From Candidatus Heimdallarchaeota archaeon (GTDB taxonomy: Archaea; Asgardarchaeota; Heimdallarchaeia; Hodarchaeales; Hodarchaeaceae): a DNA stretch of 64,000 bases. The DNA lies in the NCBI GenBank assembly GCA_019057635.1, contig DXJL01000056.1, positions 14,774 to 78,773 of the forward strand, written 5' to 3'. Below are positions 49,256 to 60,001 of the stretch, piece after piece; positions within the stretch are counted from its first letter, which is position 1; each line of letters starts with the position of its first letter. The notes beneath the pieces were generated by a model. That model ran no database searches. It saw only the letters and a list, made by a program, of their open reading frames with translations, and was not told the origin of the DNA. The position numbers were made by a program, and so were the translations under genes.

Positions 49256-50410
49256 TTACTTCCTTCTATCACTTTTTGTATGCTTCTTAATTTGACGAAG
49301 TCGTCTATCACGCTTTGTTTGTTTCGAAGCTCCAATAGATGCCTCTTCGGACTCTTTTGTCCTTTTGTCTTCTACTATGTCTTTAACTTTTACTACGCTT
49401 ATTTGTTGGCCTGAACCAACCATAAATAGGAAAAATCCTCCAACCAAGAATATGATAGCTAGTGTGGTCATTCCGAGTAGAAATGGACCATTAAGATCAG
49501 TCTTTGGTTTCTGAAGATTTTCCTCCTGAATTTCAGTACTTAACCATTTGATAAGATTTCTCCATAATTTCGAATTATCAGCTGCTTCATACCATGAAGA
49601 TCCTAAATAAGGATCCACAACATCACTAAACATTATCGTAGATCCTCCCATTGCCACACGGGTATTGAAACCTTCAGCTCTGCCAGCTAGTACTAATACT
49701 GCTATATTAGTTGAAAAACTATGGGGATCTCCTAAAGGTGGATCAGCATAGGCTTCTGTTGAGCCAACTATTAATTCCTCACGTGCATCTTGGATCGAGC
49801 AGCTTGAAGTAATTATGGTACTAATATTATCATAATCGGAAAAAATTTCATGATTTGTGTCATTAATGTCAAGAACTAAATATTCAGGTTTTCCTGCATT
49901 TGAAAAGTCATTTTTCACAACATCATTAGGTTTTCGTAACTCTATAGCCTCAATATCCGTCCAAAATCGAGCTAAAATTGATAATTCCTCCTCGTTCAAG
50001 ATATAATTTAGATAATCACCGTGTCCATCAAGGGAAGCATTGGTTTCAACCAAAGGATTGGCAAGGACCAGCATTGATTTTTCTTCAAGGAGATAATCTC
50101 TGACGTGAATTCGTTCTCTGAAGGTTATAGATTCCTGTGGATCAGTTATTATGACGATATCTACTCCCTCAAAAGTAGTTTCATTGAATGCTTGGGAATT
50201 AAATACTACCTGCATTCCTAATTCTTCGAGATCGGCGAGTGCTTGACTATATAATGTTCGATTAAAAAATTGTCTATGGGCTTCATCAAAGAGAATAATT
50301 ACTGGGTTTTCTTCATCGAAAACCACACTATTAGCACCTACAACGAAGTTAAGACCAACTAAAAAGCATAGGAGGGAACTAAATAATATACGTTTAATGC
50401 TAACTGACAA
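49256..50410 (-). CDS. Exported, C-terminally membrane-anchored protein of unknown function
   Basis: N-terminal signal peptide, ~300 aa ectodomain, a C-terminal TM and a basic cytoplasmic tail 'KRDRRLRQIKKHTKSDRRK'. Confidence 0.45.
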   Translation of the reverse strand: MSVSIKRILFSSLLCFLVGLNFVVGANSVVFDEENPVIILFDEAHRQFFNRTLYSQALADLEELGMQVVFNSQAFNETTFEGVDIVIITDPQESITFRERIHVRDYLLEEKSMLVLANPLVETNASLDGHGDYLNYILNEEELSILARFWTDIEAIELRKPNDVVKNDFSNAGKPEYLVLDINDTNHEIFSDYDNISTIITSSCSIQDAREELIVGSTEAYADPPLGDPHSFSTNIAVLVLAGRAEGFNTRVAMGGSTIMFSDVVDPYLGSSWYEAADNSKLWRNLIKWLSTEIQEENLQKPKTDLNGPFLLGMTTLAIIFLVGGFFLFMVGSGQQISVVKVKDIVEDKRTKESEEASIGASKQTKRDRRLRQIKKHTKSDRRK

Positions 50411-50658
50411 TATCTTTTCCTCAACACCATAATCACTATAAAATTCACTTAAACCATCAATTAAGGTAGAATTTTCAAAAAAGAGGGAATTTGAGAATAT
50501 CTTTTGTGTCTTTTTATTCCTCTTCTACTTCCAATTGAAAAAGCCAAAATTCTAAAAACCACAACGAATTTCTTCCTCTTGGTTTAAGACAAGTAATAAA
50601 GGTATTTGTTTACTATTTAACAAATCTTATTTGAGTCACGTTAATTGGAGAAATAATC

Positions 50659-51105
50659 ATGGTTTCCGCACAGATGGTTCCCAGTAAATTCTTGATAGAA
50701 GTCATTGCTGAGGAACTACGATCAAATGAAAACATATTTCAACCACCGACTTGGGCAGAATATGTTAAAACTGGTGTTTCTCGTGGAAATGCCCCAGAAA
50801 ACAGAAAAGACTGGTGGTATACGCGTGTTGCATCGGTATTAAGAAAGATATATATTAAAGGTCCAATAGGAGTTATTCATCTAAAGAAATCATATGGGGG
50901 TCGAAAAAATCGTGGTAGTAGACCCGAAAGATCTGAATCGGGATCAGGGGCTATTATCAGGTTGGCTATTCATCAACTTGAAAAAGCTGGATATGTAACC
51001 ATCGCCAATACGAGTGGTAGAATAGTTACTCCAGCTGGACGAAGCTTTGTGGATAAACTGGCTATGAAAGCAAAAGAAGAACTACCAGAGCTTGCCAACT
51101 ATTAG
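50659..51105 (+). CDS. rps19e: Ribosomal protein S19e
   Basis: eS19 pattern 'PPTWAEYVKTG...RKDWWYTRVASVLRKIY'. Confidence 0.9.
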   Translation: MVSAQMVPSKFLIEVIAEELRSNENIFQPPTWAEYVKTGVSRGNAPENRKDWWYTRVASVLRKIYIKGPIGVIHLKKSYGGRKNRGSRPERSESGSGAIIRLAIHQLEKAGYVTIANTSGRIVTPAGRSFVDKLAMKAKEELPELANY

Positions 51106-51232
51106 TTTAGTGACTTGATCAAAGAATAGATCAATTTTCAGAAGAATTAACTTGAAATAGGATTGAAAGTTCTTAACACGTAAAATTTAATAAATCAATT
51201 TCTCAACATCTAGTCAGAAAGGGGTTTACCCG

Positions 51233-51586
51233 ATGGTTGATGAAGATAGCGAATTGGAAGAACTTCGAAAAAGACGAGCTGCTCAGCTCCAGAATGACCA
51301 AATAGAGCAAGCCCAATTACAAAAGCAGCAAGAAGAACAACGTCGTCAGGTTGAAAATCAACGTCAAATAGTCCTGAAAGGAATATTGACTGACGAAGCA
51401 CGTGAACGTCTTGGACGGATCAAATTAGCAAAACCTGAATATGCTACCTCTTTGGAAAATCAGTTAATACAACTTGCATCAACTCGCAGAATTTCAGAAA
51501 AGATTACGGATGAACAGTTAAAATCTCTCCTTAAACAGATGACTCAATCAAAGAGAGAAAGCAAAATTACTTTTAAAAGACGGTAA
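51233..51586 (+). CDS. PDCD5/TFAR19-like dsDNA-binding protein
   Basis: 'ELEELRKRRAAQLQ...ILTDEARERLGRIKLAKPE' and the conserved position after S19e. Confidence 0.8.
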   Translation: MVDEDSELEELRKRRAAQLQNDQIEQAQLQKQQEEQRRQVENQRQIVLKGILTDEARERLGRIKLAKPEYATSLENQLIQLASTRRISEKITDEQLKSLLKQMTQSKRESKITFKRR

Positions 51587-51597
51587 AGGGTTATTAC

Positions 51598-52047
51598 ATG
51601 AGTACGATATCACATTTCTCTTGGACACGTATGGAGGGCATAGGGCTTATATTAACCTCACTAGGTATAGCGTTAATTTCACAAATACCACCAACTTTTT
51701 TCACACTAAATTTACTAGAATTTGATCTTGAAGCATATTTTCTAACAATGGTTGGTGTAATTGTAGGAACAATAATCCTCTTAACAGCAATTTCTTGTTC
51801 ACTTACAGAAGACTGGGATGATTCTAAATCACCAACGTTGAACACAATTCTCAATTTTTCTCTTATAATCACTTTCCTTTTCATTTTAGGATTTTTTATC
51901 TTTTTTGTGTTACAGCCAAGTTTTCCCCCCGAAATACGTAATCTAGAGACAAATCAACGTTATCTTGCAGCTTATACCACAGGCTTGAGCTTAATCGCCA
52001 TTCTTTTGGTGATTTTTTATAAGGGGAGAGCGTTCTTCAACAGATAG
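51598..52047 (+). CDS. Hypothetical membrane protein
   Basis: 149 aa with 4 TM helices. Confidence 0.4.
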   Translation: MSTISHFSWTRMEGIGLILTSLGIALISQIPPTFFTLNLLEFDLEAYFLTMVGVIVGTIILLTAISCSLTEDWDDSKSPTLNTILNFSLIITFLFILGFFIFFVLQPSFPPEIRNLETNQRYLAAYTTGLSLIAILLVIFYKGRAFFNR

Positions 52048-52173
52048 CCCTTATAACCTGTTAGATTCTGATTTACCAGTGTTAACACCTATTCTCTAAA
52101 AGTCAGGTACCATTCGGGATAACGCAGTTCAAAGAATGAATTAATTCTACATTTAACCAGGAGAAATTAACTC

Positions 52174-52950
52174 ATGACGGGGTTACTCAGAAAAACCAAT
52201 TTAGATTCTGATCTCATTTCAAAGATATATCACTATTCAGAACTAGGATCCACAAATAACGTCGCCAAGAGCATGATTTTAACGGAAAAAAAGCATGGAT
52301 TTGGAATTTGCTCAAAAACACAGACCTCAGGGTATGGTCAGCGAGGGAATTATTGGGAATCTCCTGAAGGTGGTCTATGGTGTTCACTTGCGATCAAACC
52401 TGATATAAAGCCTAGTAAAATTGGCCTTATTCCAAGTTTGTGTGCTCTGAGTGTAGCTAAAGCTCTTAAATCATATAATATCTCCACTCGGCTCAAATGG
52501 CCAAATGATATATTAAATTCAAGTGATAGTAAAAAGATAGGAGGCATTATAGTTGAGGGCAAAGTATCTTCAAAGATATTGGAATATTTAATTATTGGAA
52601 TTGGAATTAATGTAAATAATACTCTTGACCAGTACTCACTCCCATTAAGAACGAACATTACTACAACCTTGGAAATAACAAAAACCAATATTTCATTGGT
52701 TGAATTATTAAATGCCATTATAAATTTTCTTGAGGAGGGGTTATACAGGATAAAAAGTGGTGAAGAAAAAGTTATCCTTCTAGAATGGAAAGAATGGGAT
52801 AATATTTTAGGTAGGAAAATTGTACTAACCTCAAATAATATAGAATATGAGGGAATTGCAAAAGATCTTACTTTATTTGGGCAAATAATTTTGGAACTGG
52901 ATGATGGTAGAAAAATCACGTTTTCATCTGGACACGTTTCACTTTGTTAA
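52174..52950 (+). CDS. birA: Biotin--protein ligase (BirA catalytic domain)
   Basis: 'SGYGQRGNYWESPEGGLWCSL' and 'KWPNDIL' BPL motifs. Confidence 0.8.
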   Translation: MTGLLRKTNLDSDLISKIYHYSELGSTNNVAKSMILTEKKHGFGICSKTQTSGYGQRGNYWESPEGGLWCSLAIKPDIKPSKIGLIPSLCALSVAKALKSYNISTRLKWPNDILNSSDSKKIGGIIVEGKVSSKILEYLIIGIGINVNNTLDQYSLPLRTNITTTLEITKTNISLVELLNAIINFLEEGLYRIKSGEEKVILLEWKEWDNILGRKIVLTSNNIEYEGIAKDLTLFGQIILELDDGRKITFSSGHVSLC

Positions 52951-53177
52951 AAGAAAAATGAGGTAGAGGTATATAGAGGTGAATAAGTATAGTCTATAAC
53001 ATAAAGACTGGACAAAATACAGTTCTAAGAGGTTTAATAGCAGAGGAATTTGCACGTTATACCCTTATTCAACGCTATCCATTAATAGTTCTTAGACCAT
53101 CTAAAGTAATAGAAATATTATCACCAGATCTAATTGAAGGTCCTCATTTTAAATTCTTAATTCAATATCAAAAAACA

Positions 53178-53546
53178 ATGGATTTCATCGGTTTTGGCCC
53201 CATTCAACAAACTGATATCTCTGTTCCATTATCAATAAGTGATTTAGTAAGAAAATTCTTTTATCAACAGGATGGTTTGATAAGATTTTTACCTTCTAAT
53301 TCATTACAAAACAGATTAAATGGTTATATCATTGAAGTCAAGTCACGATCAACAAAAAATCATTGGAATCCGTTTATTCACTCGTTTTCCCCTAAACAAG
53401 AAGAAATGTTTTCAAAAGCGACGAAATATAGGTTTAAAGAGATTCTCTGCGGAGTTACATTTGCAAACGGTTGGAAAATCTCAGTGCTTTTCACAAATGT
53501 AAAAGGAAAAATACTCTCTAAAGATTATTTTAATTTAAATCAATAA
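53178..53546 (+). CDS. Hypothetical protein
   Basis: 122 aa ORF with no motif. Confidence 0.3.
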   Translation: MDFIGFGPIQQTDISVPLSISDLVRKFFYQQDGLIRFLPSNSLQNRLNGYIIEVKSRSTKNHWNPFIHSFSPKQEEMFSKATKYRFKEILCGVTFANGWKISVLFTNVKGKILSKDYFNLNQ

Positions 53547-54693
53547 AAATGGGCTCTGCATTAGTGAGAACTTTAGGCCCATTTCTTGTTATAAGAATAT
53601 CATTTTCTAAACGAAATCCGCCTACGTCCTTCTCATAAATGCCGGGTTCAATAGTTATTATCATTCCTTCTTCAATAGGACTAGGAGTCCAATGTTTTAA
53701 CATGGATTCGTGAGTTGGCTTTTTTCGTAACATCGGAGAGTCATGCACAGTTAAACCAATTCCATGACCTAGAGAATGTGGCATCCGATAACCTTGGCCC
53801 TCTATTATATTTACCGCGACATCAGCAACTTCATGTAGATATTCTGCATCTGATAACGCCTCTATTGCCGCATCATGAGCGTGTTTTACTGTATCCACAA
53901 TCGTTTTCATTTTACTGTTCATTGGTCCCATTATGAATGGAAGGGTAACATCTGAAGTTAAGGCGTCCGCTTGTACCCCGAAATCAATTAATGCAAGACC
54001 TTTCTGGTATAGTGATTGCTTGGGATCAGCACGTGGATATGCGTGTATCTGCCAAGATCTCGCACTACTAGCTACTAATGATTCAAACCCTACTGCAAAT
54101 GCTCCTAATTCTCGCATCCTACTTTCTACAAAAACGGCAAGATCCATTTCAGTTTTGACTCTGGATCGTGAAATCATTATCTCTTCAATTTCTTTGACCA
54201 GTTGATTACTTATGTCAACTGATTTTTGCATTAATGAAATTTCATGGTCGGATTTTGTTGCTCTTAATTCCGCTAGCAGTCTGTCGATAATTTTCGGATT
54301 GTAAATTATCTCGGTGTTGGGCACAGCATCTAAAAGGACTTGAACATTATCATATGGGATACCTCTTGGGATCCCTACTTTGGGATTTGAGGAAGTTCTT
54401 TTCTCAAAAAAGTCAATTGTAGCGGTAGAAATTACTCCATGATAATCTGCGACATCAACTATTTCATCAGCTTCAGAACTCATTTTTGCTAATTGATAAT
54501 CCCATGGAATAAGTGTGGTTTGACGATTCTTGATATCTACAAAAAGCCCAGCATCTTCTGGATGGCCAGTCAGATATTTTACATTTACATCTCTATGGGC
54601 CTCTGAATCAGAAATGAAGAGAAAATCTAGCTCGTGGGCCTCCAATGAATCATATAACTTCGTTAATTTTTCTTGCGTAATAAATCGTGCCAC
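53530..54693 (-). CDS. M24-family Xaa-Pro aminopeptidase/dipeptidase
   Basis: Creatinase-like N-domain plus 'HGIGLTVHDSP' metal-binding motif. Confidence 0.85.
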   Translation of the reverse strand: MARFITQEKLTKLYDSLEAHELDFLFISDSEAHRDVNVKYLTGHPEDAGLFVDIKNRQTTLIPWDYQLAKMSSEADEIVDVADYHGVISTATIDFFEKRTSSNPKVGIPRGIPYDNVQVLLDAVPNTEIIYNPKIIDRLLAELRATKSDHEISLMQKSVDISNQLVKEIEEIMISRSRVKTEMDLAVFVESRMRELGAFAVGFESLVASSARSWQIHAYPRADPKQSLYQKGLALIDFGVQADALTSDVTLPFIMGPMNSKMKTIVDTVKHAHDAAIEALSDAEYLHEVADVAVNIIEGQGYRMPHSLGHGIGLTVHDSPMLRKKPTHESMLKHWTPSPIEEGMIITIEPGIYEKDVGGFRLENDILITRNGPKVLTNAEPIFIDLN

Positions 54694-55394
54694 TAGGAAT
54701 CACCTGAACCTACTTCGGGTTGCTAGAAAAAGCAAATCAAGAATTTTAAAAATCTGCTCTTGGATAATAATAAAAAATATCTAGATAGATAGCAACACCA
54801 GTTCCTAATACTAACATCAAAAAGGATAGTATCATAATACAGCTGATTCTCCAGCCAGGTTCAAATTTATCGAACAAAATCGGTTCAGATTAAGTAGAAA
54901 ACGACAATTTTTTCTCATACGCTTAATCTACTTTAATTTTATGCCATTTCTTGTTTGAGGAAGCAGGTTGCGCGGTCTTTCTCTGAGTTTTTCCCGTGTA
55001 CCGTCTTTTTTGTTGTTTGAGGAGATTTCTCTGAGTCATATTGCTAATTTTACTTGTTATCAATTGCAATTCAGAATTGTTTGGACGATAAGATTTTAAT
55101 AACTTCTGAAATTCAAGAAGAAGCGCATTTACCTTTTCCTTATCTACTACCATCCTGTTTTACCAAAAAATTTAAGAAAAATAAATATTTGGGAGCGATT
55201 ATACTATTCCCTCCGAAATTCCTTATTATCCAAATCATTGTTAAAGTAAATATATTAATTCTAAAATTTCCAGATTGAAGATCTGCATGCTTTCAGTCCC
55301 CATTTTATGAACTATACCGTAAATGAAAGTATGTTAACTAATTAAACTAATACTAACTAATTATTCTATTAGCGTTGTTATGGAGTAATATCAA

Positions 55395-57830
55395 ATGCCA
55401 AAATTTACTATCGAAGAAGCTCAAAAACTTCTCATTCATCGAGAATTTGTACGAAACCTAGGAGTTATCGCTCACATCGACCATGGGAAAAGTACACTTA
55501 CAGATTCGCTTCTTGCTGCAAGTGGATTGTTAGCAGACAAAGTAGCTGGAGAAGCTAGAGCAACAGACACACGAGAAGATGAACAGGAACGAGGAATTAC
55601 TATTAAAACTACAGGAATCTCTCTAGTCCATGAATTAAACAAACAGACTTACCTTGTAAATCTACAAGATACTCCTGGACATGTAGATTTTTCTGGCGAG
55701 GTTACATCAGCTTTACGGGTTGTAGACGGAGCTCTCGTCGTAGTGGATGCTGTCGAAGGGGTCATGGTTCAAACGGAGGTTGTAACTCAACAAGCACTTG
55801 CTGAACGCGTTCGTCCCGTCCTTATCATTAACAAAGTCGATCGATTAATAACTGAAATGCGTATGACACCCGAAAATGCGTACGAACAGTTTAAAAAGAT
55901 AATTAGTGATTTCAACTTGTTAATTGAAACATATGCTCCTCCTGAATTCAAGAAGATATGGAGAGTTGATCCTAGAGAGGGAACAGTTGCATTTGGATCT
56001 GCCATTCATCGTTTTGGTCTGACTATACCAGCACTTGCAGATATTTGGCACGAAAAAACTGGTCAACCCAAAGATAAATTGATTAAGAATTTGTGGATGA
56101 AGAATAACTTCGTAAATGGTGTACTTAAACCAACCTATGAAATCTATGAAAAAGCCGAAGAAAATGATACTGTTTCGTTAAAAAAGGTTGCAGAGCAATT
56201 AGGACTTCGTTTAGACGAGGGAGTATGGCTCGAACCTCCAAAAAGGATCGCTAAAGCATTATTGGAGAAATGGTTACCAGTAGAAAAAGCTGTACTAGAT
56301 ATGGTAGCAAATTTCTGCCCTTCTCCCATCGAGGCGCAGAAGTATCGATTTAAAAGTTTTTGGAAGGGGGATTTCGAGTCAGCTGAAGGAAAGGGTCTTC
56401 TGAGCTGTGATTCTGATGCTCCAGTAATGATCTCTATATCTAAAATGATCCCTGGGAGAGCAAAACGGATAATTGCAATGGGTAGAGTCTTCTCTGGGAC
56501 AGTTAAAGCAGGACAAAAGATAACTGCACTTCTGCCTGGATACAAACCAGGAAGTAAAGAAAGAACATTTACCACGAATATACAACAAGTGTCAATGCTA
56601 ATGGGAGCGAAGGCGGAAAAAGTCGACTTTATTCCGGCAGGGAACATTATTGCTTTGCAAGGACTCCGCGGAGCGACAGCCAGTAGTACTATTACAAGTT
56701 TAGAGACGGTTCTTCCATTCCAAGCTCTGAGTTATGCAGTAGAACCAGTAGTTACGATCGCAATTGAAGCAAAATCTCCTAGTGAGCTGCCCAAGCTTGC
56801 AGAGGGATTACAACTTATGGAATTGGTTGATCCTTCGCTTAAAACCAAAGTTAATGAAGAAACTGGTGAATTCTTGTTATCTGGAACAGGTGAACTTCAT
56901 CTAGAAATTGCTGTGAAAGATCTACAAGATTTACAAAAAATTGAAGTTACCCAAAGTGAACCTATCGTTGTTTTCCGAGAATCAGTAGCAGGTGAATCCT
57001 CTCACCAAGCTCTAGCAAAATCTCCCAATAAACATAATCGATTATGGGTTCGAGCGGCCCCATTAGAAAAAGATGTCATTAAACTCATTGAAGCTGGAAC
57101 TATACACCAATACACAGATCGAAAAGAGATGGGACAAATTTTGCGAGATCAGGCTGGATGGGATGTCAAAGTCGGTCGTAAAGTATTGGGTATGGGCCCA
57201 GCTGAAAATGATCCAAATTTCTACATTGATTCAACTAAAGGTGTCCAATACTTACGCGAAGTAAAGGATTATCTTATTCAAGGGTTCCGTTGGGCAGGAA
57301 AGGAAGGTCCTTTATGTGGTGAACCATTTTTCGGTATTAAATTTTTATTAGAAGATGTTAAGCTTCATGAAGATCCTGTGCACCGAGGAGCGGGGCAAAC
57401 AATGCCTGTCTCGCGAAGAGCATGTTTTGGTGCAGTTTTATTGGCGTCTCCTATACTCCTTGAACCTGTCTATAAGGTTCAAGTTCAAGTTCCAGAGCAA
57501 TACCTCGGTAATGTCTTTAAAGTTCTTACAAAGAGAAGAGGTAGAGTTATGGATACTCAAAAACGAGAAGGAACCCCCCTAAATGTCATCATTGCAGAAG
57601 TTCCAGTTTCGGAATCTTTCGGAATTACCACTGATTTACGTTCTGAGACTTCAGGCTTCGCATTTTCTCAAATGGTCTTTGATCACTGGGAAAAGGTACC
57701 TGGAGATCCCACAAAAGAAGAAGAACAAGGTGGTGGGATAGCTCGCAAATTTGTAATGGAAACTCGAAAACGCAAAGGATTCCACAACCCTAATCCTCCA
57801 AAGGCAGAAGATTACTACGATAAACTCTAA
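55395..57830 (+). CDS. fusA: Elongation factor 2 (aEF-2), long form (811 aa)
   Basis: 'AHIDHGKSTLTDSLL', 'DTPGHVDF' and 'NKVDR'. The diphthamide-loop 'HRGAGQ' His is conserved. Confidence 0.95.
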   Translation: MPKFTIEEAQKLLIHREFVRNLGVIAHIDHGKSTLTDSLLAASGLLADKVAGEARATDTREDEQERGITIKTTGISLVHELNKQTYLVNLQDTPGHVDFSGEVTSALRVVDGALVVVDAVEGVMVQTEVVTQQALAERVRPVLIINKVDRLITEMRMTPENAYEQFKKIISDFNLLIETYAPPEFKKIWRVDPREGTVAFGSAIHRFGLTIPALADIWHEKTGQPKDKLIKNLWMKNNFVNGVLKPTYEIYEKAEENDTVSLKKVAEQLGLRLDEGVWLEPPKRIAKALLEKWLPVEKAVLDMVANFCPSPIEAQKYRFKSFWKGDFESAEGKGLLSCDSDAPVMISISKMIPGRAKRIIAMGRVFSGTVKAGQKITALLPGYKPGSKERTFTTNIQQVSMLMGAKAEKVDFIPAGNIIALQGLRGATASSTITSLETVLPFQALSYAVEPVVTIAIEAKSPSELPKLAEGLQLMELVDPSLKTKVNEETGEFLLSGTGELHLEIAVKDLQDLQKIEVTQSEPIVVFRESVAGESSHQALAKSPNKHNRLWVRAAPLEKDVIKLIEAGTIHQYTDRKEMGQILRDQAGWDVKVGRKVLGMGPAENDPNFYIDSTKGVQYLREVKDYLIQGFRWAGKEGPLCGEPFFGIKFLLEDVKLHEDPVHRGAGQTMPVSRRACFGAVLLASPILLEPVYKVQVQVPEQYLGNVFKVLTKRRGRVMDTQKREGTPLNVIIAEVPVSESFGITTDLRSETSGFAFSQMVFDHWEKVPGDPTKEEEQGGGIARKFVMETRKRKGFHNPNPPKAEDYYDKL

Positions 57831-57840
57831 TTTTATGAGT

Positions 57841-57890
57841 TTATTTTTTCTTCTATTTTTCCTTCATTGTTTTTCTTTAGGAAAGTATCT
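57841..57890 (+). terminator. T-rich tract downstream of the EF-2 stop
   Basis: 'TTATTTTTTCTTCTATTTTTCCTTCATTGTTTTTCTTT'. Confidence 0.25.
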
Positions 57891-57931
57891 ATTTTTTGAT
57901 ATCTGAGGAAGAATCGGAACATTATTTATTA

Positions 57932-58006
57932 AAAAAATAAACGGATCCGGAGGGATTTGAACCCACGACATTCTGCTCCGAAGGCAGACGCTCTATCCAT
58001 GCTGAG
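57932..58006 (-). tRNA. tRNA-Arg (TCG)
   Basis: Reverse complement GGATCCGTGGCTCAGCATGGATAGAGCGTCTGCCTTCGGAGCAGA...GGGTTCAAATCCCTCCGGATCCG. 7-bp acceptor, anticodon loop CTTCGGA and one U:U mismatch in the T-stem. Confidence 0.8.
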
Positions 58007-58202
58007 CCACGGATCCAGTAAAATTAACTTCACATGTTTTGTAAAAAGCACTTTCTAGAGTAGATTAGGAGACAATAGTTAGATTAATAAGAATTTATTG
58101 GAAACCAGATTCATTACTTAGTTTGTCATGGAGGAAGTCTTTTCTAATTTTAAACAGTTTTACTGTTTATTTTCAGAATTTAAGACTGGAAGGGGAATTT
58201 AC

Positions 58203-58478
58203 TCATCTTGACTTACGTTCGTCTGCAGATCGGATTTTCACTTGATGTCTGTGAATTGCACAGGAAACGCAGAAATATCGAATATATGGGACCCGAGCGA
58301 TTTGAGTTCCAGCTTGACGTAATTCCTTAGCAATCGTGAAATCTACTAAGTTTTTATAGCTAGTCTTACGCTTGGCCTTATCTCTTGGGACTAATCTCCT
58401 ACATGAAGAGCATTGAACTTTACCTAAGCTACCTTTCCCGCCTTTACTTCGGCCACCAGATTTTCGTTTTTTACCCAT
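58203..58478 (-). CDS. rps26e: Ribosomal protein S26e
   Basis: 'VQCSSCRRLVPRDKA' and 'YFCVSCAIHRHQVKIRS' match eS26 ('CTNCARCVPKDKA', 'HYCVSCAIHSKVVRNRS'). Confidence 0.9.
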   Translation of the reverse strand: MGKKRKSGGRSKGGKGSLGKVQCSSCRRLVPRDKAKRKTSYKNLVDFTIAKELRQAGTQIARVPYIRYFCVSCAIHRHQVKIRSADERKSR

Positions 58479-58554
58479 TACGAGACCACCTTTAATATAT
58501 GAGAATACGGTAAAAGAATTGGTTAATTTGGTAATAACACTCTATTTCATGTTT

Positions 58555-59226
58555 TTAATCGGTGTTTTTAATCTCTCCCATGACTGGAGCAATGGTTTTC
58601 TTTGTCACGAAGATGGCTAAATTCTCTAAATTTAAGTGATACGATTGATCCAAATCAAAAAAAGCAGAAACTTGGGGAATTTCTCCTGTTAAAAACTCGT
58701 AAACACTTTTTCTTATAACATTCACCTGTTTAAAATACTCTTCTGAATACCGTTGGTACTTTGTTAAGAGTTCATTTGTCAGGAGAACGAAGTATGGTGC
58801 CTCATCAGAGGACAGAATTTTCTCACTAATTAATTCGTATAAATGTTCTTGATTTTTCCCATTCATAATGAAAAGAAGAAAGCCAGGCATTGGTAGAAGA
58901 AATAAAATCATAATCGATGAAAATTGGCCAAATTGCATATCAAATTGCGACAGAGATTCATTTGAAATTATTAGTGCTGAGATAATTAAATTCAAGGAAG
59001 CGATAATTGTTGCTTGAAAGGATCCTCTCCCAGTCCAGTATAACTTGCCAGAATATTGGTAAAGGGGGTCTTTATGCGTGAAACTGATGCCTTTAAAGTT
59101 TAATATTGTATAAAATACAATAGTCCACGGTAATAAAGACAGTAGTAAAAGATAGCTATCATAGAAACCAAGGCTGAAGACGACTAAAAAATTGATTAAA
59201 GACAGAATAAAAAAAAGGGAGGGCAA
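58555..59226 (-). CDS. Hypothetical polytopic membrane protein
   Basis: 223 aa with 5–6 TM helices. Confidence 0.4.
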   Translation of the reverse strand: MPSLFFILSLINFLVVFSLGFYDSYLLLLSLLPWTIVFYTILNFKGISFTHKDPLYQYSGKLYWTGRGSFQATIIASLNLIISALIISNESLSQFDMQFGQFSSIMILFLLPMPGFLLFIMNGKNQEHLYELISEKILSSDEAPYFVLLTNELLTKYQRYSEEYFKQVNVIRKSVYEFLTGEIPQVSAFFDLDQSYHLNLENLAIFVTKKTIAPVMGEIKNTD

Positions 59227-59260
59227 AGAAATTGCATTCCTGTTTTAGATAGTGTTTTGA

Positions 59261-59695
59261 TTAACTCAAAAGATCTTTTAGCTCTGAAACAAGGCTAGAA
59301 ATGTCTTTTTCCTCTTCTTTAAATATTTCAGGGATTTTATGACTATAACGTCGAAGAACACGTATTGCTAGTCCGAGAGAATGTGCTTCATTGGATGCAC
59401 CAATTAGGATAAAATCTTCTGCAGAACTTAATACTGTGTAACCCTTCTCTCCACGAACCAAGACTTCCCACAATTGTCCATGATCCATTCTGTCAACAAC
59501 CATTCCACCTGTAGAAAGAACTGCAGCTGAAAGGGCGGAGAATAAATCTGGATCGGCGTCTTTTTCTGAAAAGAATGCAACACTCATTCCAGTACGAGTA
59601 ACTAGTGCTAACGCTTCTAAATCAGCATAACGTACGATTTCTTGTAACAATTTGATTAATTTCTTTTTTTGCTCAACTGTAAGTGCAAAGGCCAT
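59261..59695 (-). CDS. Roadblock/LC7 (MglB-like) domain protein
   Basis: 144 aa with the Roadblock pattern 'DLEALALVTRTGMSVAFF...AAVLSTGGMVVD...GYTVLSSAEDFILIGASN'. Confidence 0.7.
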   Translation of the reverse strand: MAFALTVEQKKKLIKLLQEIVRYADLEALALVTRTGMSVAFFSEKDADPDLFSALSAAVLSTGGMVVDRMDHGQLWEVLVRGEKGYTVLSSAEDFILIGASNEAHSLGLAIRVLRRYSHKIPEIFKEEEKDISSLVSELKDLLS

Positions 59696-60001
59696 TTTTT
59701 CACCTTCAGAAAGGTTCTCACAATATTGATTATATTTTTTGTATTTGATATAAGATTTTAAATGGAGATACTGGTCATTACGACTAATAAGCTCTAATTA
59801 GGTAATTATCATCGGGTAATGATTTAAACCTTACTAAACCTCGAATCAGAAGAAAGTGATTTTCATTATTCTTTAATCAGGGATTTTTAGCTAGAATTCG
59901 AATTGATTCTTGTAGAAAATCCTAGAAATTACCAATACAACGGATCGATTTTATTGATGGGAGTTAGAAAGAATTTAACTCACAGACCTGAGAGAATCAA
60001 A

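Noticed and set aside
56144-56647. 167-aa − strand ORF
   Set aside because: Antisense to a well-supported EF-2 coding region. Other short antisense ORFs (2135..2386, 3881..4183, 4225..4458, 8582..9274, 22163..22924) are rejected for the same reason.
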